Below, in pieces: positions 24,655 through 38,645 of a stretch of 64,000 nt of DNA (the first letter of the stretch is position 1; each line of letters begins with the position of its first letter). The stretch lies in contig NC_069001.1 of NCBI RefSeq assembly GCF_001194135.2, positions 1 to 64,000 on the forward strand, written 5' to 3'. The DNA is from Octopus bimaculoides. Lineage: Eukaryota. Made by a program: the position numbers and the translations under genes. The notes beneath the pieces were generated by a model, which ran no database searches, had not been told where the DNA came from, and worked only from the letters and a program-made list of their open reading frames with translations.

Positions 24655-24872
24655 CCTTTTGTTTACTGACCCTGAGTGAATAAACAGTTAAGCGCATCTT
24701 TGGTTGGATTTGAACTCAACACAAATAGTATTGGAAGCAATGTGTGTGTAAGGGAAAGACAGAATTGAAGGAATTGAAGGAGTAAGACATCTGTGTCCAT
24801 TCGCCAAAAGAATGAAAGGCTAAGGTGACCGAGGCAGGATTTGAAACTGGGAACATAGAGTTGGAAGAAATA

Positions 24873-24907
<35 letters not shown>

Positions 24908-25205
24908 GACAGAGAATAGGGAGTGGGAAAAAGTGAGACAAAAAGAATGAATGAGTAGTGGGTAAAGATCTGTGTGTGGCCCCCAAAAGATGAAAGGCTA
25001 AGGTGACCCAGGCAGGATTTGAAATCTGAAAACTCTGAGTTGGCACAAATAGGTATATGTGTGTGTGTGTAAGATAAAAAGAAGGGGACAGAAAGAAAAG
25101 GAGACAAAAAGAGAAAGAGAATGAATGGGTCTACATCTGTATGTAGACTCAAAAGGAATGAAAGGCTAAGTTGACCTTGGAAGAATTTGATCTGAGAACA
25201 AATGG
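24655..25205 (-). repeat. Tandem array of 3-4 diverged ~130-180-bp units containing a SINE family B core fragment
   Basis: aaaaga(a)tgaaaggctaag(g/t)tgacc...(c/a)(a/g)ga(t/a)tttga recurs near 24808, 24986 and 25151, with a weaker unit near 24665. Each of the first three is followed by a (GT)n and a purine-rich tract. Confidence 0.75.
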
Positions 25206-25247
25206 GTTTGTCAAGATTTCAAATCAAGATGAATAGCGTGGGTGCAA

Positions 25248-25293
<46 letters not shown>

Positions 25294-25732
25294 GAGAAAG
25301 AAGGAAAGAAAAAGAGAGGGAATTAGAAAGAATTTCTATACATCAGTGTGTGTGTGCGTGTGTGTGTTTGTATATAAGTAGTAAAGAGTGTGTATATGCA
25401 TATGGGCAAGTATTGATGTATGTATGCCTATAGAATCAAGTATGCATAGTGTGTGAATATGTGTGTGTGTGTGTGTGAGTGAAATGTATAGAAGTGTAAA
25501 AGCAAAAGATCTCCTGTGTCTGTGTGTCCGAACTGTCGATGGCTGCTAACAGCAGTTCTGCCTGGTTAAGCATCTGTTTATCAGCCTCTCTTGAGAGAGT
25601 GTACATCTGTCTGTCTGTCTATCTATCTCACTCTCTCTCTCTTTATTGTCTGTCTGTCAGATCTCCCTCTCTCTCTCTATTTATATATATATGTGTGTGT
25701 GTGTATATACACACACACATATCCATCTATCC

Positions 25733-25781
<49 letters not shown>

Positions 25782-26469
25782 CATTCATCTGTTTGTGTCT
25801 TTCTGCCTGTCTCCTTGCCTGTTCATCTATTTACATATCTCAGTGTTGATGATGATGATGATGATGATGGATGTGATGACAATGGTGGTAGTGCTGGTGT
25901 TGATAACCACTTTTAGTGCCAACAGGAAATGGATGCATAAAGTAAGGCTGACAGTGACAAACTACTGGAGTATAGGTGCTGGTGGTGGTAGTGGTAAGGG
26001 TGATGATGGCAGTGGAGGTGGTGGTGGTGGTTTTGGTGGTGGTTGTTGTTGCTTGTGATGACGCTCATTGTAGTGATGTTGGTCTTCGTGGTGGTGGTGG
26101 TGGTGGTGGTGCTGATGGGGATGTGCAAAATCTATTATCGATGATGATGATGATGATAGTGGTGGTGATGGTGGTGGGGATTGATGGGATATTTGTTGTG
26201 TTGTTTGTGGTGCTTGTGTTGTTTTTCCCCCCTTTTGCTGTGGTGCTGGTGTGGGAGTTGCAGTAGATAAGTTTGTAATGGCTGTAGTTGTGATGGTGGT
26301 GATGGTCTAGTGAAAAATATTCAAACCTCTTCTCAGATTTCTACATACATACATGCATATGTACACATATACATATACATACGCACACACACACATATAT
26401 ATATTTATACAGACATATATACACATATAAATAATAAACATACTTCATACAAACATTCATATTTCTCCC

Positions 26470-26508
<39 letters not shown>

Positions 26509-26531
26509 CATTCACACACACACACACACTC

Positions 26532-26564
<33 letters not shown>

Positions 26565-26801
26565 TATATGATATTTACATATAAATACATATGTGTACTT
26601 AGATCTATACATAAAGATACACACACATACGTAAATGGATAGAGGCAGACAGACAGGTACACAAATATGCTAATACACCAAAAATAATTTTACATCCCTG
26701 AAGAATACAGCACACTAAACTTGGACAGCAAATCGCAGTGGAACAGTAGAGAGAATGCATGGCACTAAGCTGTGAACTTTAAAACAAAGCCAGTAACACA
26801 A

Positions 26802-26909
26802 GTGTAGGTCTGGCTGTGTGGTCAAGAGACCCACTTTGTAGGTGTGAAGTCACCTTGGGCCAGTGTCTTCTGTTCTAACTTTGCAGTCACTAAGCCTTGT
26901 GAGTGAAAC
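26802..26909 (+). mobile_element. SINE family A, internally deleted
   Basis: gtgtaggtctggctgtgtggtcaaga...caccttgggccagtgtcttct...aagccttgtgagtg. Confidence 0.7.
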
Positions 26910-27204
26910 TTCATAGATTAAAATATTGGCTAAGTCCATTGTAGGAGTAGATATGGATGCATTTGCATACATTTGCGCGCACGCGCGTGGAGTATGTAAA
27001 TATATATTTATACACATGATATATGACAAAGGAACAGGAAAATATGCAATGAACATCATTGGAGTACACCTGTTTCTGGTGTATGATGCAATGCACCCAG
27101 AGGTAAGTGGTTGCTTGTGCACCATCTTATAGCTTCCTTGGAGCCTGTGCCTCTGCTGTCAAATCTGCTTCATGGAGTTGGACTCAGGGTCAGGGTTAGG
27201 GTTA

Positions 27205-27590
27205 GAGAGTGAGGGAAAGAGAGTGAGGGAAAGAGAGGGAGGGAAAGAGAGGGAGGGAAAGAGAGGGAGGGAAAGAGAGGGAGGGAAAGAGAGGGAGGGA
27301 AAGAGAGGGAGAAAGAGTGAGACAGAGTGAGAGAGAGATAGAGAGCAAGAGAGAATGTGAAAGAGAGAGGGCAAGAGAGAATGTGAAAGAGAGAGGGTAA
27401 GAGAGTGAGTGAAAGAGAGAGAGAAAGAGAGAGAGAGTGAGAGAGTATGAGAGAGTGTGAGTGTGAGAGGTAAAGAGTGAGAGAGAATGAAAGAGAGTGA
27501 GAGAGAGAAAAAGAGAGAGACAGTAAGAGAGAGAGACAGTGAGAGAGAGAGAGAGGATAAGAGAGTGAGGGAAAGAGAGAGGGAGAGTAG
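27205..27590. repeat. Polypurine tract with a 14-bp minisatellite (agggagggaaagag, ~6 units)
   Basis: Directly visible at ~27230-27310, embedded in (GA)n. Confidence 0.9.
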
Positions 27591-28677
27591 TGGCTTGCAA
27601 CATAGAGTTATTCCTGTTTCGGAAATCTGTTCCTCTACCACTGCTGCTGCCACCACCTCCATCCCATTCCCCCCACCATATAAACATAACCACCATGACC
27701 ACCACCAACANNNNNNNNNNNNNNNNNNNNNNNNNNNNNNNNNNNNNNNNNNNNNNNNNNNNNNNNNNNNNNNNNNNNNNNNNNNNNNNNNNNNNNNNNN
27801 NNNNNNNNNNNNNNNNNNNNNNNNNNNNNNNNNNNNNNNNNNNNNNNNNNNNNNNNNNNNNNNNNNNNNNNNNNNNNNNNNNNNNNNNNNNNNNNNNNNN
27901 NNNNNNNNNNNNNNNNNNNNNNNNNNNNNNNNNNNNNNNNNNNNNNNNNNNNNNNNNNNNNNNNNNNNNNNNNNNNNNNNNNNNNNNNNNNNNNNNNNNN
28001 NNNNNNNNNNNNNNNNNNNNNNNNNNNNNNNNNNNNNNNNNNNNNNNNNNNNNNNNNNNNNNNNNNNNNNNNNNNNNNNNNNNNNNNNNNNNNNNNNNNN
28101 NNTAGCAGCACCACCACCTTAACAACATCGTCTTCACCATCACCACTACCATAGTTGTTTTACTACACTTGTCACGCTGCATCTCCTCCTCCCCCTCCAC
28201 CACCACCACCACCATCGGTAACATTAACACTTCCTTTTTGTTTTTCTTTGCTCTTTCTTGCCTGTGTCTCCGTCTGTATGTCTTGAAGGTTTCTTCAAGA
28301 TTTTTCTATCACGATCACTCATCACTCACCTTTCTATCACTCACTCACTTGTCTCAACTTCACATCATCACCACCTCACCACCTCCCCTTTCAACATTTA
28401 TCCCACCCCTCTTTCAGGCAAAGGAGGGAGTTGCTGTGGCAGCCACTCTTCCAGCTAGAAATATCAGCTAAATCTCCCTTCTGTCTTAAGCAAAGAAGAC
28501 TCATCATTATCATTCATCATCATTTAATGTCCACTTTTCTAGGCTTGCATGGGTAGGACAGAGTTTACTGAGGCAGATTTTCATCAGCTGGTTGCCAACC
28601 TTTAACTGGAGTGAAGGTCCTTTCCAAACTATTGGCTCTCTTAAAGCCAGTTTCCTGGATTCTGTGGTGTTGCATAT

Positions 28678-28850
28678 CTTTTCACCCCTGGACAGAAAAC
28701 CAATCCATTGCAGGATTACTCATTTCTGTTGGTTGAGTGAAGTGCAGCAATGTGAAATGATTTTGCTCAGTAATACAACATATCGTCCAATCCATAGATT
28801 GAAACCACAACCTTGTGATAATGAGTGCAACACCTAACCACTAAGCCATC
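28678..28850 (-). mobile_element. SINE family D
   Basis: ccctggacagaaaaccaatccattgcaggattactcatt...ttgaaaccacaacc...gagtgcaacacctaaccactaagcca. Confidence 0.75.
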
Positions 28851-29384
28851 TACCCCTGCACATACACCACACACACATGCATATATACACAACCTTAAGC
28901 TATGTTCCCTACATATCTGGTATAGGGCCCCCTTTCCATCTGACTTTTATAGAAATTGTAGTTAAGTGTGCTCCTCTACAACGGGAAGCCTGTCCTGAGT
29001 CCCTTCTTTCATTAATGCCTCGTCACATAGCATTAATCTGTTTCTTTCTCTATGGCAGCCCAACCTAGTTGAATGAGATCTTAGTCCTGTGAGCTACAGA
29101 GCAACCTCACTAATGTCAGGACCCCAGGTACGTTCTGTAAAGCAGTTGACTTCAAGAAGAGCATCAGCTGTGTAAACCATGCCAGAGTAGAAACTGGAGT
29201 ATGATGCAGGCCTCTGCCAAGTCAGAAACTGTCAAACTGGTCAACCCAAGCAAGCAGTGAAGACGGACTTAAAATGGTGGTGGTGACAGAAGTGATGACG
29301 ATGATGATGTTGATGATATATCCATATAATCTTTGGCGTGTATTTTGTGTGCCTTGCATTCATGCAAGAAATGCTACTTGTCTT

Positions 29385-29560
29385 AAAATATGACATCACC
29401 CCCCCACCTGCTCAACTGGTACTTATTTTATTGACCCTGAAAGGATGAAAGATAAAGTCAACCCCAGCAGAATTTGAACTCAGAATGGAAAATCAGAAGA
29501 AAAGCTGCTAAGCATTTCTTTCCGGCACAGCAGTGATTCTGCAAGCTCATTACCTTCATA
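29385..29560 (-). mobile_element. SINE family B
   Basis: ctggtacttattttattgaccctgaaaggatgaaagataaagtcaaccccagcagaatttgaactcagaa. Confidence 0.85.
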
Positions 29561-29604
29561 ATAATGATGACGATGATGATGACGACAACAATATCACTCT
29601 CCTA

Positions 29605-29927
29605 CAGAAGGAGTCCAAAGAATGAACGTTCGTCAACATAGCTATTCCTGCAGACCAGAATATTGGGAGGATAGGGGACAAGAGTCAGGAAATACCAAGA
29701 CCTATGATTGGAAGTGAAGTTAGTGTGGTACCTATTGCAATTGGTGCACTTGGGACCATCTCAAAGGGAACAGTATATTTTGGCATCAAAAGCTGCAAAT
29801 AACAAACTTCAGAGGAAGCATTCAGTTGGCAGTAATTCTTAGAATGCATTCAGAAAAGTGTTTGTGTCTGTAAGCTGCAAGACGGAGGTGAGACATGACA
29901 CTGATAGATCAGGAGAAGTTAAGTAAA

Positions 29928-29965
<38 letters not shown>
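29605..29965 (+). mobile_element. R4/Dong-like retrotransposon 3' end (restriction-like endonuclease C-terminus) with (AAT)n tail
   Basis: Translates as QKESKE*TFVNIAIPADQNI...VSVVPIAIGALGTISKG, matching the RLE-region DIA(V/I)P.D and VVP(I/V)VIGALG motifs of R4-clade ORFs. It ends in (AAT)n at ~29930-29964. Confidence 0.8.
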
Positions 29966-30145
29966 CCTTTCCATTATTATAAGTAAAAGAGCTGAAGTTT
30001 TGTAGCTAATTTGTTAGGTTGACCCCAGTCTCCAATTGGTACTTATTTCATCGACCCCTGAAAGATTGAAAGGCAAAGTTGATAACAGAAGGTAAAGAGC
30101 CAGAAGAAATGCTAGAATGCATTTTGATTGGTGGGTTAACGATTC
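29965..30145 (-). mobile_element. SINE family B
   Basis: ttggtacttatttcatcgacccctgaaagattgaaaggcaaagttga...aacgattctgcgagctc. Confidence 0.8.
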
Positions 30146-30467
30146 TGCGAGCTCATCATCATCATCATCATCATCAACAACAAGGATAACATTAATAATG
30201 ATATAATAGAAACAACAAAAATATCTGAATGAAAATGGGAAGCATTTTGAAAGGAATTTTGAGGCATCAATGCATCCAATTAAGGGTTAGTATGATAGAA
30301 AATAGCAAATTAACCCTTTAAATACATCTGTCAGTCAAGGGACGAAACATTACAATTAGGATTTCCTGTTGGAAGACATTGCATGGCATCTCTGAGAGCA
30401 GATACGATGGCTGTGGAAAGATGGTGGAAGCTGCATGTCAGGGACTGTTATACATTCTGTGTGATGA

Positions 30468-30585
30468 GATGGCAGACTAATTAGCAGGCTTACTGGCATT
30501 TCATTGGTCTTGACGTTTTGAGTTCAAATTCCAATGAAGTTGACTTTGCTTTTTATCATTTCAAGGTCAATAAAGTAAGTAATAT
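30468..30585 (+). mobile_element. SINE family B, partial
   Basis: gagttcaaattccaatgaagttgactttgctttttatcatttcaaggtcaataaag. Confidence 0.7.
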
Positions 30586-31776
30586 GTGGGTAATTTGACT
30601 GCTGTTTCTAGGTATTTGAATGACCACATACATGCTTTTTGATTTATCACTTTTTCACTAAATTTCAGTTCTGTGTAAAAATTATATTTTGGGGAGACTC
30701 CAATGTTCACAATAGAATACTGTAGAGTAAGGAAATAGTTTATGATAAATGAGTTAAAAATAAAGTTGAAGTGAACTACAGCCCGTGTGTGTGTTTAATG
30801 GCAATATGACCCTCCCAAAATAAACACTATCATTTTCGGAAATGTTTTTAAAATAAAATTTTTAAATGAAATACTTTGGAAGTGGTATTGCAAAACTTAG
30901 TATCTTCTCTTGGATAATTCTTTTATGCCATAAATAATCAAGACAGATATGAGGAAACTGAAAAATTTAAAAAAACAAAATATAAGAAATCTATCAAGAT
31001 TCCGTTGTTGTATGTCAAGACAATTCACTTAATTTTTCCTGTCAAAATTCCTCAAATTTCCATGGCAACTAAAAACTATGAAGGACCTTATCGATATGTT
31101 ATAAGAAAAAAAAATATGAAAAAAAAAAATGAAAAACATTACAGGAACAATTTTTTTGAAAAAGGAAATATATATAAAAGTAGAAATTAAATTTAAAAAT
31201 AATAAAAGCACAAGAAATTTAAAGAATGAAATTTCAATGTGATATAAAAACTAATAATAATTATAAAAATAGTAATAATATCAACAAAATAATAATAATG
31301 ATAATGATGATAATATTTCAAGTGAAATTACTGTCTTAAGCAATAATAATAATAATAATGAAAATTTATAGAATAGCTGAAGATAATAAGATATAAAGTG
31401 CATTGCATACCCGGCAATACACGCAGGACTTCTTTCACATGAGAAATACAATCGATACAAAAATATGTTGATACATCAAAAATCTTTTTTTACAAAAAAA
31501 AAGAATTATGTTAAAAAAAATTTAAGAAGCAAATGAAAATTTGGATAAAAAATATTTGCATAAAAGATAAAGTATAGTACAATATATTATCTTAGGACAT
31601 AACAGAAATTAATATAATAAAGTTTGGTGTAACACATACACCGATTTTTGTTGTAAAATGTAAGAAAGAAGTTTTTTAAACATGTTAAGTGCAGTGAAAG
31701 AAAAATATCTGAGATGAGAAAATAAGATATTATATAAAAAAAATACTATTATATATATATGCATGTATGTATGCAG

Positions 31777-31816
<40 letters not shown>

Positions 31817-33580
31817 AGAGAGAGAGATTGATAGATAGATGGATACTTACATATATACATACATATGTATACATATAGCTATATATACTTATATATATAT
31901 TATATACATGTATGTATACACTATATATAAGACTATTACCTATTATGTAAGAGTATAAAAAGAAAAGAGTGTATATAATAAAATACACACAGAGAATTTT
32001 GTTACATGTTTAAAAAGAATGAAAACCTAAGAATGGAGTAGAGACAATTTGAAATAAAATACAAAATAAATTAAAGAAGCTGATATTCATCACCATCATC
32101 ATCATCACTATCTTTGTCATCATCATCATCATCAAATATCTGGCTTACATGTTGATCAACCTTGAGCAGCCTTCACTTTACGGTTTCTTACATTGTTGGG
32201 GAAAGCCTCCCTAATGTTTGTGTAGGTCTTTAGTGGCATCCATACCAGCATCAAACTTTCCTGAACCTTAAGGACGTTGGTCTCCTATATTGCCCCCCCC
32301 CTCTCTCAATTTCCTTACCTCTGGCTATGAAGACCTATCAAAAGCACTCCTCACCAGCATAAAATTGAGAGTTTCTGGGCTTGGCTGTTGTGTCTGCTTT
32401 CTTTTTGGGCTGATGTGGGGTTGCAATAGTGTTGGTGTGGCTGCTTTTTGCCTTAAATGTGTGTTACCTTTGCACTGGAGCTTTCTATTGTTGGGGTGGG
32501 GGCCAGGCACTTTTCTTTTGAGCTTTTTTTTTTACATTTTTATGGTTCCTTCTTGTCTTCACTATGGGAGGTGGAGGCACCAGTGTCTGTGGAATCAGTC
32601 TCCGGATGTGTGAGAGTGTTTGTGTAAGCGCCACTGTGTGAGTGTGAGCTCGAGAGGGGAAGACAGAGTGTTGGTTGCCATTGCTCCTCCTTTCCTCTCT
32701 CTTTGCACTGACACTGATTTCACGTGCGTCGTGAGCTCTCACATTGCTTAGGCTGTTGTTGTTGCTGTTGCTGGGAGTTAGTGACTGAAGGAGGAGGAGG
32801 AGGGATAGTCTTTTGTGGGAGGGTTAGGGTTCTTCCCTCAACGCTCCCATGATGGCTGCTAATGACGATGGTAATGATGATGATGCTGACACCATCTTGT
32901 GTGGTAATGTTTTGTAAACAAGGAGGGGTGTCTTAGCAGTGCAACAGATAATTAAATAAATAAATGCTGCCCTTCACAGGGTAGAAACAAACACTGAAGC
33001 CCGGCCAAAAGGTTCCTGGTGTTCTTATTACAAAAATTAATAACAAAAGAGTGGAAACAACAGATTTAAACCTGATTTACGAAGCATCTTCAAAAGACCA
33101 TCCTACAGGTTTCACAGCAAATATAACAACATCAACAATAATATCACTAATACTGCTACCACCACCATCACTAATACAACAATGACAACTACTGCCCCAA
33201 CCACTACTACTACTACTACTACACCACTGTAATTTGTCAATCTCCCCACCAATCACTCACCCCTGCCCACTGTACTAAACTAATTAGTATCTATTGAATG
33301 TGAGATCAGACACTGAACTATGTGGTAACTAATGTTAATACTGTGGTTGTAGTGGTAATAGAGGGAATGGTTGGTAGTATTGGTGGTAGTGTTGATGCTG
33401 GTTTCATTGAGTCAATTGTTGTTGGTGTTGTAGCACTTTATACATACCCCTACCACTTCTCTTTAATCTACAGGGATCTACCGAAACCTATCTCTCTGCC
33501 TGTCCTTCTATGCATTTATCTATCACTCAGCCTGTCTATCTATCTATCTATCTACATATATGTATGTGCATATATGTATG

Positions 33581-33615
<35 letters not shown>

Positions 33616-33644
33616 GTATGTGTGTATATATATGTATGTGTATA

Positions 33645-33706
<62 letters not shown>

Positions 33707-34214
33707 CACATATGTACACACACATATATACATATACATACATTCGCGCTTGCATATATATATATATAGACATATATATTTATACATATATATATATAAA
33801 TACCTATATATACATACACTCACAAACGTACTTCCACACATGCATCTTCACCCCTTTTCATTTTAGTAATCCAAGTTTGACTCTTCAGCTTCCTTGCCAC
33901 CTCAATTTTTCTCTTCACCCTCACTCACTCCTGTTCCTCTTTTCATTTCTCTAACCTCTTATCTAATTTCTCTCTCACTATCCGCCTCATATGACTTCCT
34001 TCTTCCATGTACAAGCACATATTATCTTGTGCTGGCCATCAGTTGCAGCCAGTCATTCAAATACAGAGGATGTAAAATTCTGCTGTCTTTTCTGTTTCCT
34101 TCCAGTAATCTTAACTCTGAAAAAGGAGCCTGTCAAAGACGTTGGAATATTCTACTCCCTGCAAACTCACTGTTTGTTTCTATTTCTTCTATACATATGA
34201 ATGTATGTGTGCAT

Positions 34215-34271
<57 letters not shown>

Positions 34272-34963
34272 TATATAAGTATGTAAATATATACACACAC
34301 ACATACATAAGCATATAAATGCATAAACATGTATGCACGTGTAAATACAATGGTATATTATTAGATATATATACATTTGTCAATAGATGATGATGATGAG
34401 GAGGATGATGATGATATATTTGCATATATAATATATACATACATATGTACATTTATGCCACAACAATACACACATGTACACACACACACACACACACACA
34501 CACGTATGTACAAGATATGTGTTGTAACTTTTGAAAAGCTGAGAAATGTCAGGGCAATAACATTCTTTGATGTTTGAATGTGTTTAACCTTCATCAGAAT
34601 CTCTTACAATGTCTTGTAATGAAAACAATAGCAAAATTTTGAACCAGTGACATGAGTGTAGCAGCGAAAATAGTGGCTGTATGAGGTGCAGCTTTGTTAA
34701 GCATTCTGCTAATACCTTGCTAATATATGTACACATCCATACACATATCCATACTTATGTGTGTTTGCATATATTAGTATGTATGTGCATGTGTGAGTGT
34801 ATCAATATTTGAGTGTATAATATATATGTGTGCTTGTGTTTGTGTTTCTATCTATCTATCTATCTGTCTGTCTGTGTATCTGTCAACATACACGTAGATA
34901 TAGATATGTATATAAACATATATATATTATTATTATTATATATATATAACCATATATATAAAC

Positions 34964-35006
<43 letters not shown>

Positions 35007-35116
35007 TGCATGCATGCATTACTGTATGTATACATAAGAAAAATAAAATGAAAATCTTGAAAGTACATTAGATTTTTATACATACATACATATACATACG
35101 TACATGTATGTATGTT

Positions 35117-35158
<42 letters not shown>

Positions 35159-36644
35159 CAGAAAATAAAAATGCAAAAATGTTTTTGCATCATAGAAATG
35201 TTTTTCATATACTGAAAATATTAGTGTGTGCCTATACAAGGTGAATTTTGCACACAACAGAAAAAAGTGGAAAAAAAAAGCAGTTTTCATAAAAAAAAAT
35301 TGCTGAATAAATTGTAGTCTGTGTTACAGGCCAAAGAGGTTTTAATGTAATTGGAAGATTATGTTTTAACACACAAAATTTGTAAGAATTTTTCTTAGAT
35401 TTTCTGTTATTAGTACCCAAAGACTAAGTGAGACATGTTGGGGCAACTTTTCTTCCCATGACCATTCCCAAATTTTGTTAATAGGCTGTGTCTCAAAATG
35501 TGAAGTAGTAGTTTTCTAAAACGAACTGCAGTGAAGTAGGTTCAACTAGAACTCTTGACATGCAGGAAATCCACCTTTATTTTGGAGACACCTATACACA
35601 GCCCATGTAGGTCTTTTGGATGATTTTACCAATGGGAGAGTTATGACTTTGTTGAAGATGACAATGATGATGACGACGATGATGATGTGAGTTACGACTT
35701 TGTTGATGATGATGATGATGGTGATGATGACGATGACAATGGTGATGGTGGTGACAATGATGATGATGATGATGATAAAATCAGTGAATTTTGCTTCAGT
35801 GCTGGTGGTGCTTCAGTGACTAATGGTTGAGGTAGTGGTGGTGGTGATGATGGTGATGGTGATGGTAGTGGAGGTGGTGACTGTAGCAGTGGTGGCAGCT
35901 GTTTATTGATTGGAGAAGTAATGAAAGTAGTGATGGTAGCAGTGGTAGTGGTGGTTGTAGTTGTACTGGTGATGTGGTTGTCATTTGTATTTGCTGGTAG
36001 TTGTGGTGTTGGTAGTGTTGGTGGTGAGGGTGGCAACAGTGATGTTGTTGTTGCTGGTGGTGGTGGTGGTGGTGGTAGATCTTGGTATTTGTGGTTCCAC
36101 GATTCTAGCTGGTGTTTAATCTTTCCCTCATTTATCAAATTCAGAATACTAAAAAAGAAAACATTTACTTCACCACCTCCTCCTCATCATCATCATCAAC
36201 AGCAGCAGCAAAAGCAGCAGCAGCAGCAGAACATAAGGATGGATGAAACAACAATATTAATAATGATGATGATGAGAATAATAATTCTTTCTAATCTAGG
36301 CACATGCAAGAAATTTTTGAGAGGCACCAGCCAATTACACACACACACACACACATGCATGTAGGTATGTATATCCATGTGTGTGTGAGCAGAAGAGAAC
36401 CAACAACCAGAACCCCGTAAACTTGCAGAATTGCTATGAGGAAATTTTGATTTAATGTAATTCATTTCAATCCATTTTCCATTGTCTTACAGCATGACTA
36501 AATTCTCTTTAAAAATGATTGAAACTGGTAGCATACCTTGATAAAAATGTAATATTTTTTTTCTTTGTTTTGTCTGTGATAAAATTCTCAGTTATATGAG
36601 AAAATATGCTATCAGCTTAACTCACTTATGACATTTACAGAGGC

Positions 36645-37015
36645 AGGAATGACTTGCCTCCCAGCTACATAATTCCAGGTTAAGTCCCACTGCATGGCAC
36701 CTTAGGCAAGTGTCTTTTTCTGTAGCCTTGGACCAACCAAAGCCTTGTGCATGGATTTGGTAGATGGAAACTGAAAGAAGCCCACTCTATATATATCTAT
36801 ATGAATGTGTTTTGTGTCTATGATTATATCTCCCCACTGCTTGACAACCACTGTTGGTGTGTTTATATTTCTGTAACTTAGCAGTTCAGCAAAAGAGAGC
36901 AATAGAATAAGTATCAGACATAGTCTGGAGTCTGGTGCAGCCCTTCAGCTCACCAGCCCTAGTCAAACCGTCCCACTCATGCTAGCATGGACAACAGACC
37001 TTAAATGATGATGGT
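36645..37015 (+). mobile_element. SINE family A joined to a family C 3' tail
   Basis: The family A body (gtcccactgcatggcaccttaggcaagtg...gaaactgaaagaagccc...cttagcagttcagcaaaagagagcaatagaataagta) is followed directly by tggagtctggtgcagcc...gtcaaaccgtcccactcatgctagcatggacaacagaccttaaatgatgatg. Confidence 0.8.
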
Positions 37016-38019
37016 AATGATATATACATTAGACAAGGTATAAAATAATGGTTATTATGTATTTTTACTTTGTCTTATATATCACTCTGTGTAAAAAAAA
37101 ACCAGTTTCACTGGAACCCAACCATGGATTTACAATATAGAATGGTGATGAAGCATAACCTTGGACCCTGCCATCCAAATACCTGGAGTTCTTTACTAAT
37201 CTAAACAATATTGTTAGCCTGGTGTACCAACAAGAGAGCTTATGAAGTATTTGCCCAGATTGATAATCTCTCACTATCAGCTATATGTATACATACATAC
37301 GTGTGTGTGTGTGTGTATACATATATAAAGAATATTAGGGGTTTAGTTCACTGATATGTGTTTGTGTATGTGTGTGCATATATGCATGCATGTATATACA
37401 CACTCACGCACACATAGAGAGCAACCAAATGCACAGTACAGCAATGACTGCTGCATCTCCACTATCACATAGCTACAACAACAACAACAACAATGCCAAC
37501 ACGCAAATGGTGGATGTGGTGATGAGGGTGAGTGAGGGGGGGAGCCCTATCTACCCCCATTATGTTACTAGAATTGATTCATGGCAGTGATTAGTGTCAT
37601 ATCTGTGTAGAAATGATCACAGCAACCCCAAACCCCCTCTCCTGACTTTCTTCCCCCACCACCATCACACACACAAACACACATTGCTAATAACCAGTGA
37701 CCTCTGACCCCGCTCTTCCTTTCTCCTTTCACTCACTCCTACTCTCTCTCACCTTGTCTCCTCTCACCACACAGTTTCCTTCTTACCCCGACTCCCACCT
37801 ACCCGTTCAATGTCCCCAAAGTTTTGCTTTGTAATGAAGGTGATGGCAGTGGTGATGGTGGTGGTGGTGGTGGGTGGGGTAGGATGAGTTGGTTATCTGA
37901 ATTATGATGATGATGATGATTATAACATCCCTGCTGTTAAGGATCAACCTGAATGAGGTAGTGTCATAAATACCTCTGGTACAGAAAGTATTATTATTAT
38001 TATTATTATTATTATCGTC

Positions 38020-38179
38020 AATCTGGTAGAATTGTTAGCAATTGTTGGTTTTATATTTTGAGTTCAAATTCAGCTGAGGAGGACTTTGCTAACCATCCTT
38101 TCAGGGCCAATAAATTAAATGCTGGGAATGATGTAGTTTTTGAGCACTCTCCCCCAAAATTTGAGGTTGTGTAGAAAGG

Positions 38180-38180
<1 letters not shown>
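38020..38180 (+). mobile_element. SINE family B, decayed
   Basis: gagttcaaattcagctgaggaggactttgctaaccatcctttcagggccaataaatt. Confidence 0.7.
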
Positions 38181-38223
<43 letters not shown>

Positions 38224-38404
38224 CATCAGTATTTGTGAAACATTGATGAAATTTAGTTCTGATTCTTTTCCATCCTGCAGATCAAATCTCACCAATTCAA
38301 CTTTGATGTTTCAGCCTTCTTGGGTTCCATAAATCAAAGAACTACTGCTCAACTAAGATTAATTTGATATTCCTACAGTTTTTTCTTTTGTGTGTGTGTG
38401 TTAG

Positions 38405-38645
38405 TGGTAGTATGTGGCTTAGCGTGTGGACTCATGATTGTAAGATTGTGGTTTCAATTCCTGGCCTGGGTGATGCATTGTGTGTTCTTGAGCAAAACAC
38501 TTCATTTATGTTGCTCTAGTTCCTTAAGCTGGTGGACATGAGTATTCCTGCGATGGACTGAGGTCCCATCTAGAGAGGAATATATACACCAGAAAATCCA
38601 GGAAACCAGCCCTACGAGTGGGTCTGTATGACCCCAGACAGAACT
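38405..38645 (+). mobile_element. SINE family D (tRNA-like head, CORE-like and V-like domains)
   Basis: gtggcttagcgtgtggactcatgattgtaagattgtggtttcaattcctgg...gttcttgagcaaaacacttcattt (CORE-like)...cctgcgatggactgaggtcccatctag (V-domain-like cctgcgatggactgg..tccc.tccag, from memory). Confidence 0.8.

Noticed and set aside
27038-27108. Strong + strand donor CAGAG|GTAAGT with a possible 65-bp exon
   Set aside because: The candidate acceptor lacks a polypyrimidine tract and the peptide is unrecognisable. One consensus donor in 64 kb is expected by chance.
35484-35600. Short inverted motif gtgtctcaaaat / attttggagacac resembling Tc1/mariner ends
   Set aside because: Only ~12 bp with an indel, no clear TA TSD pair and no transposase remnant.
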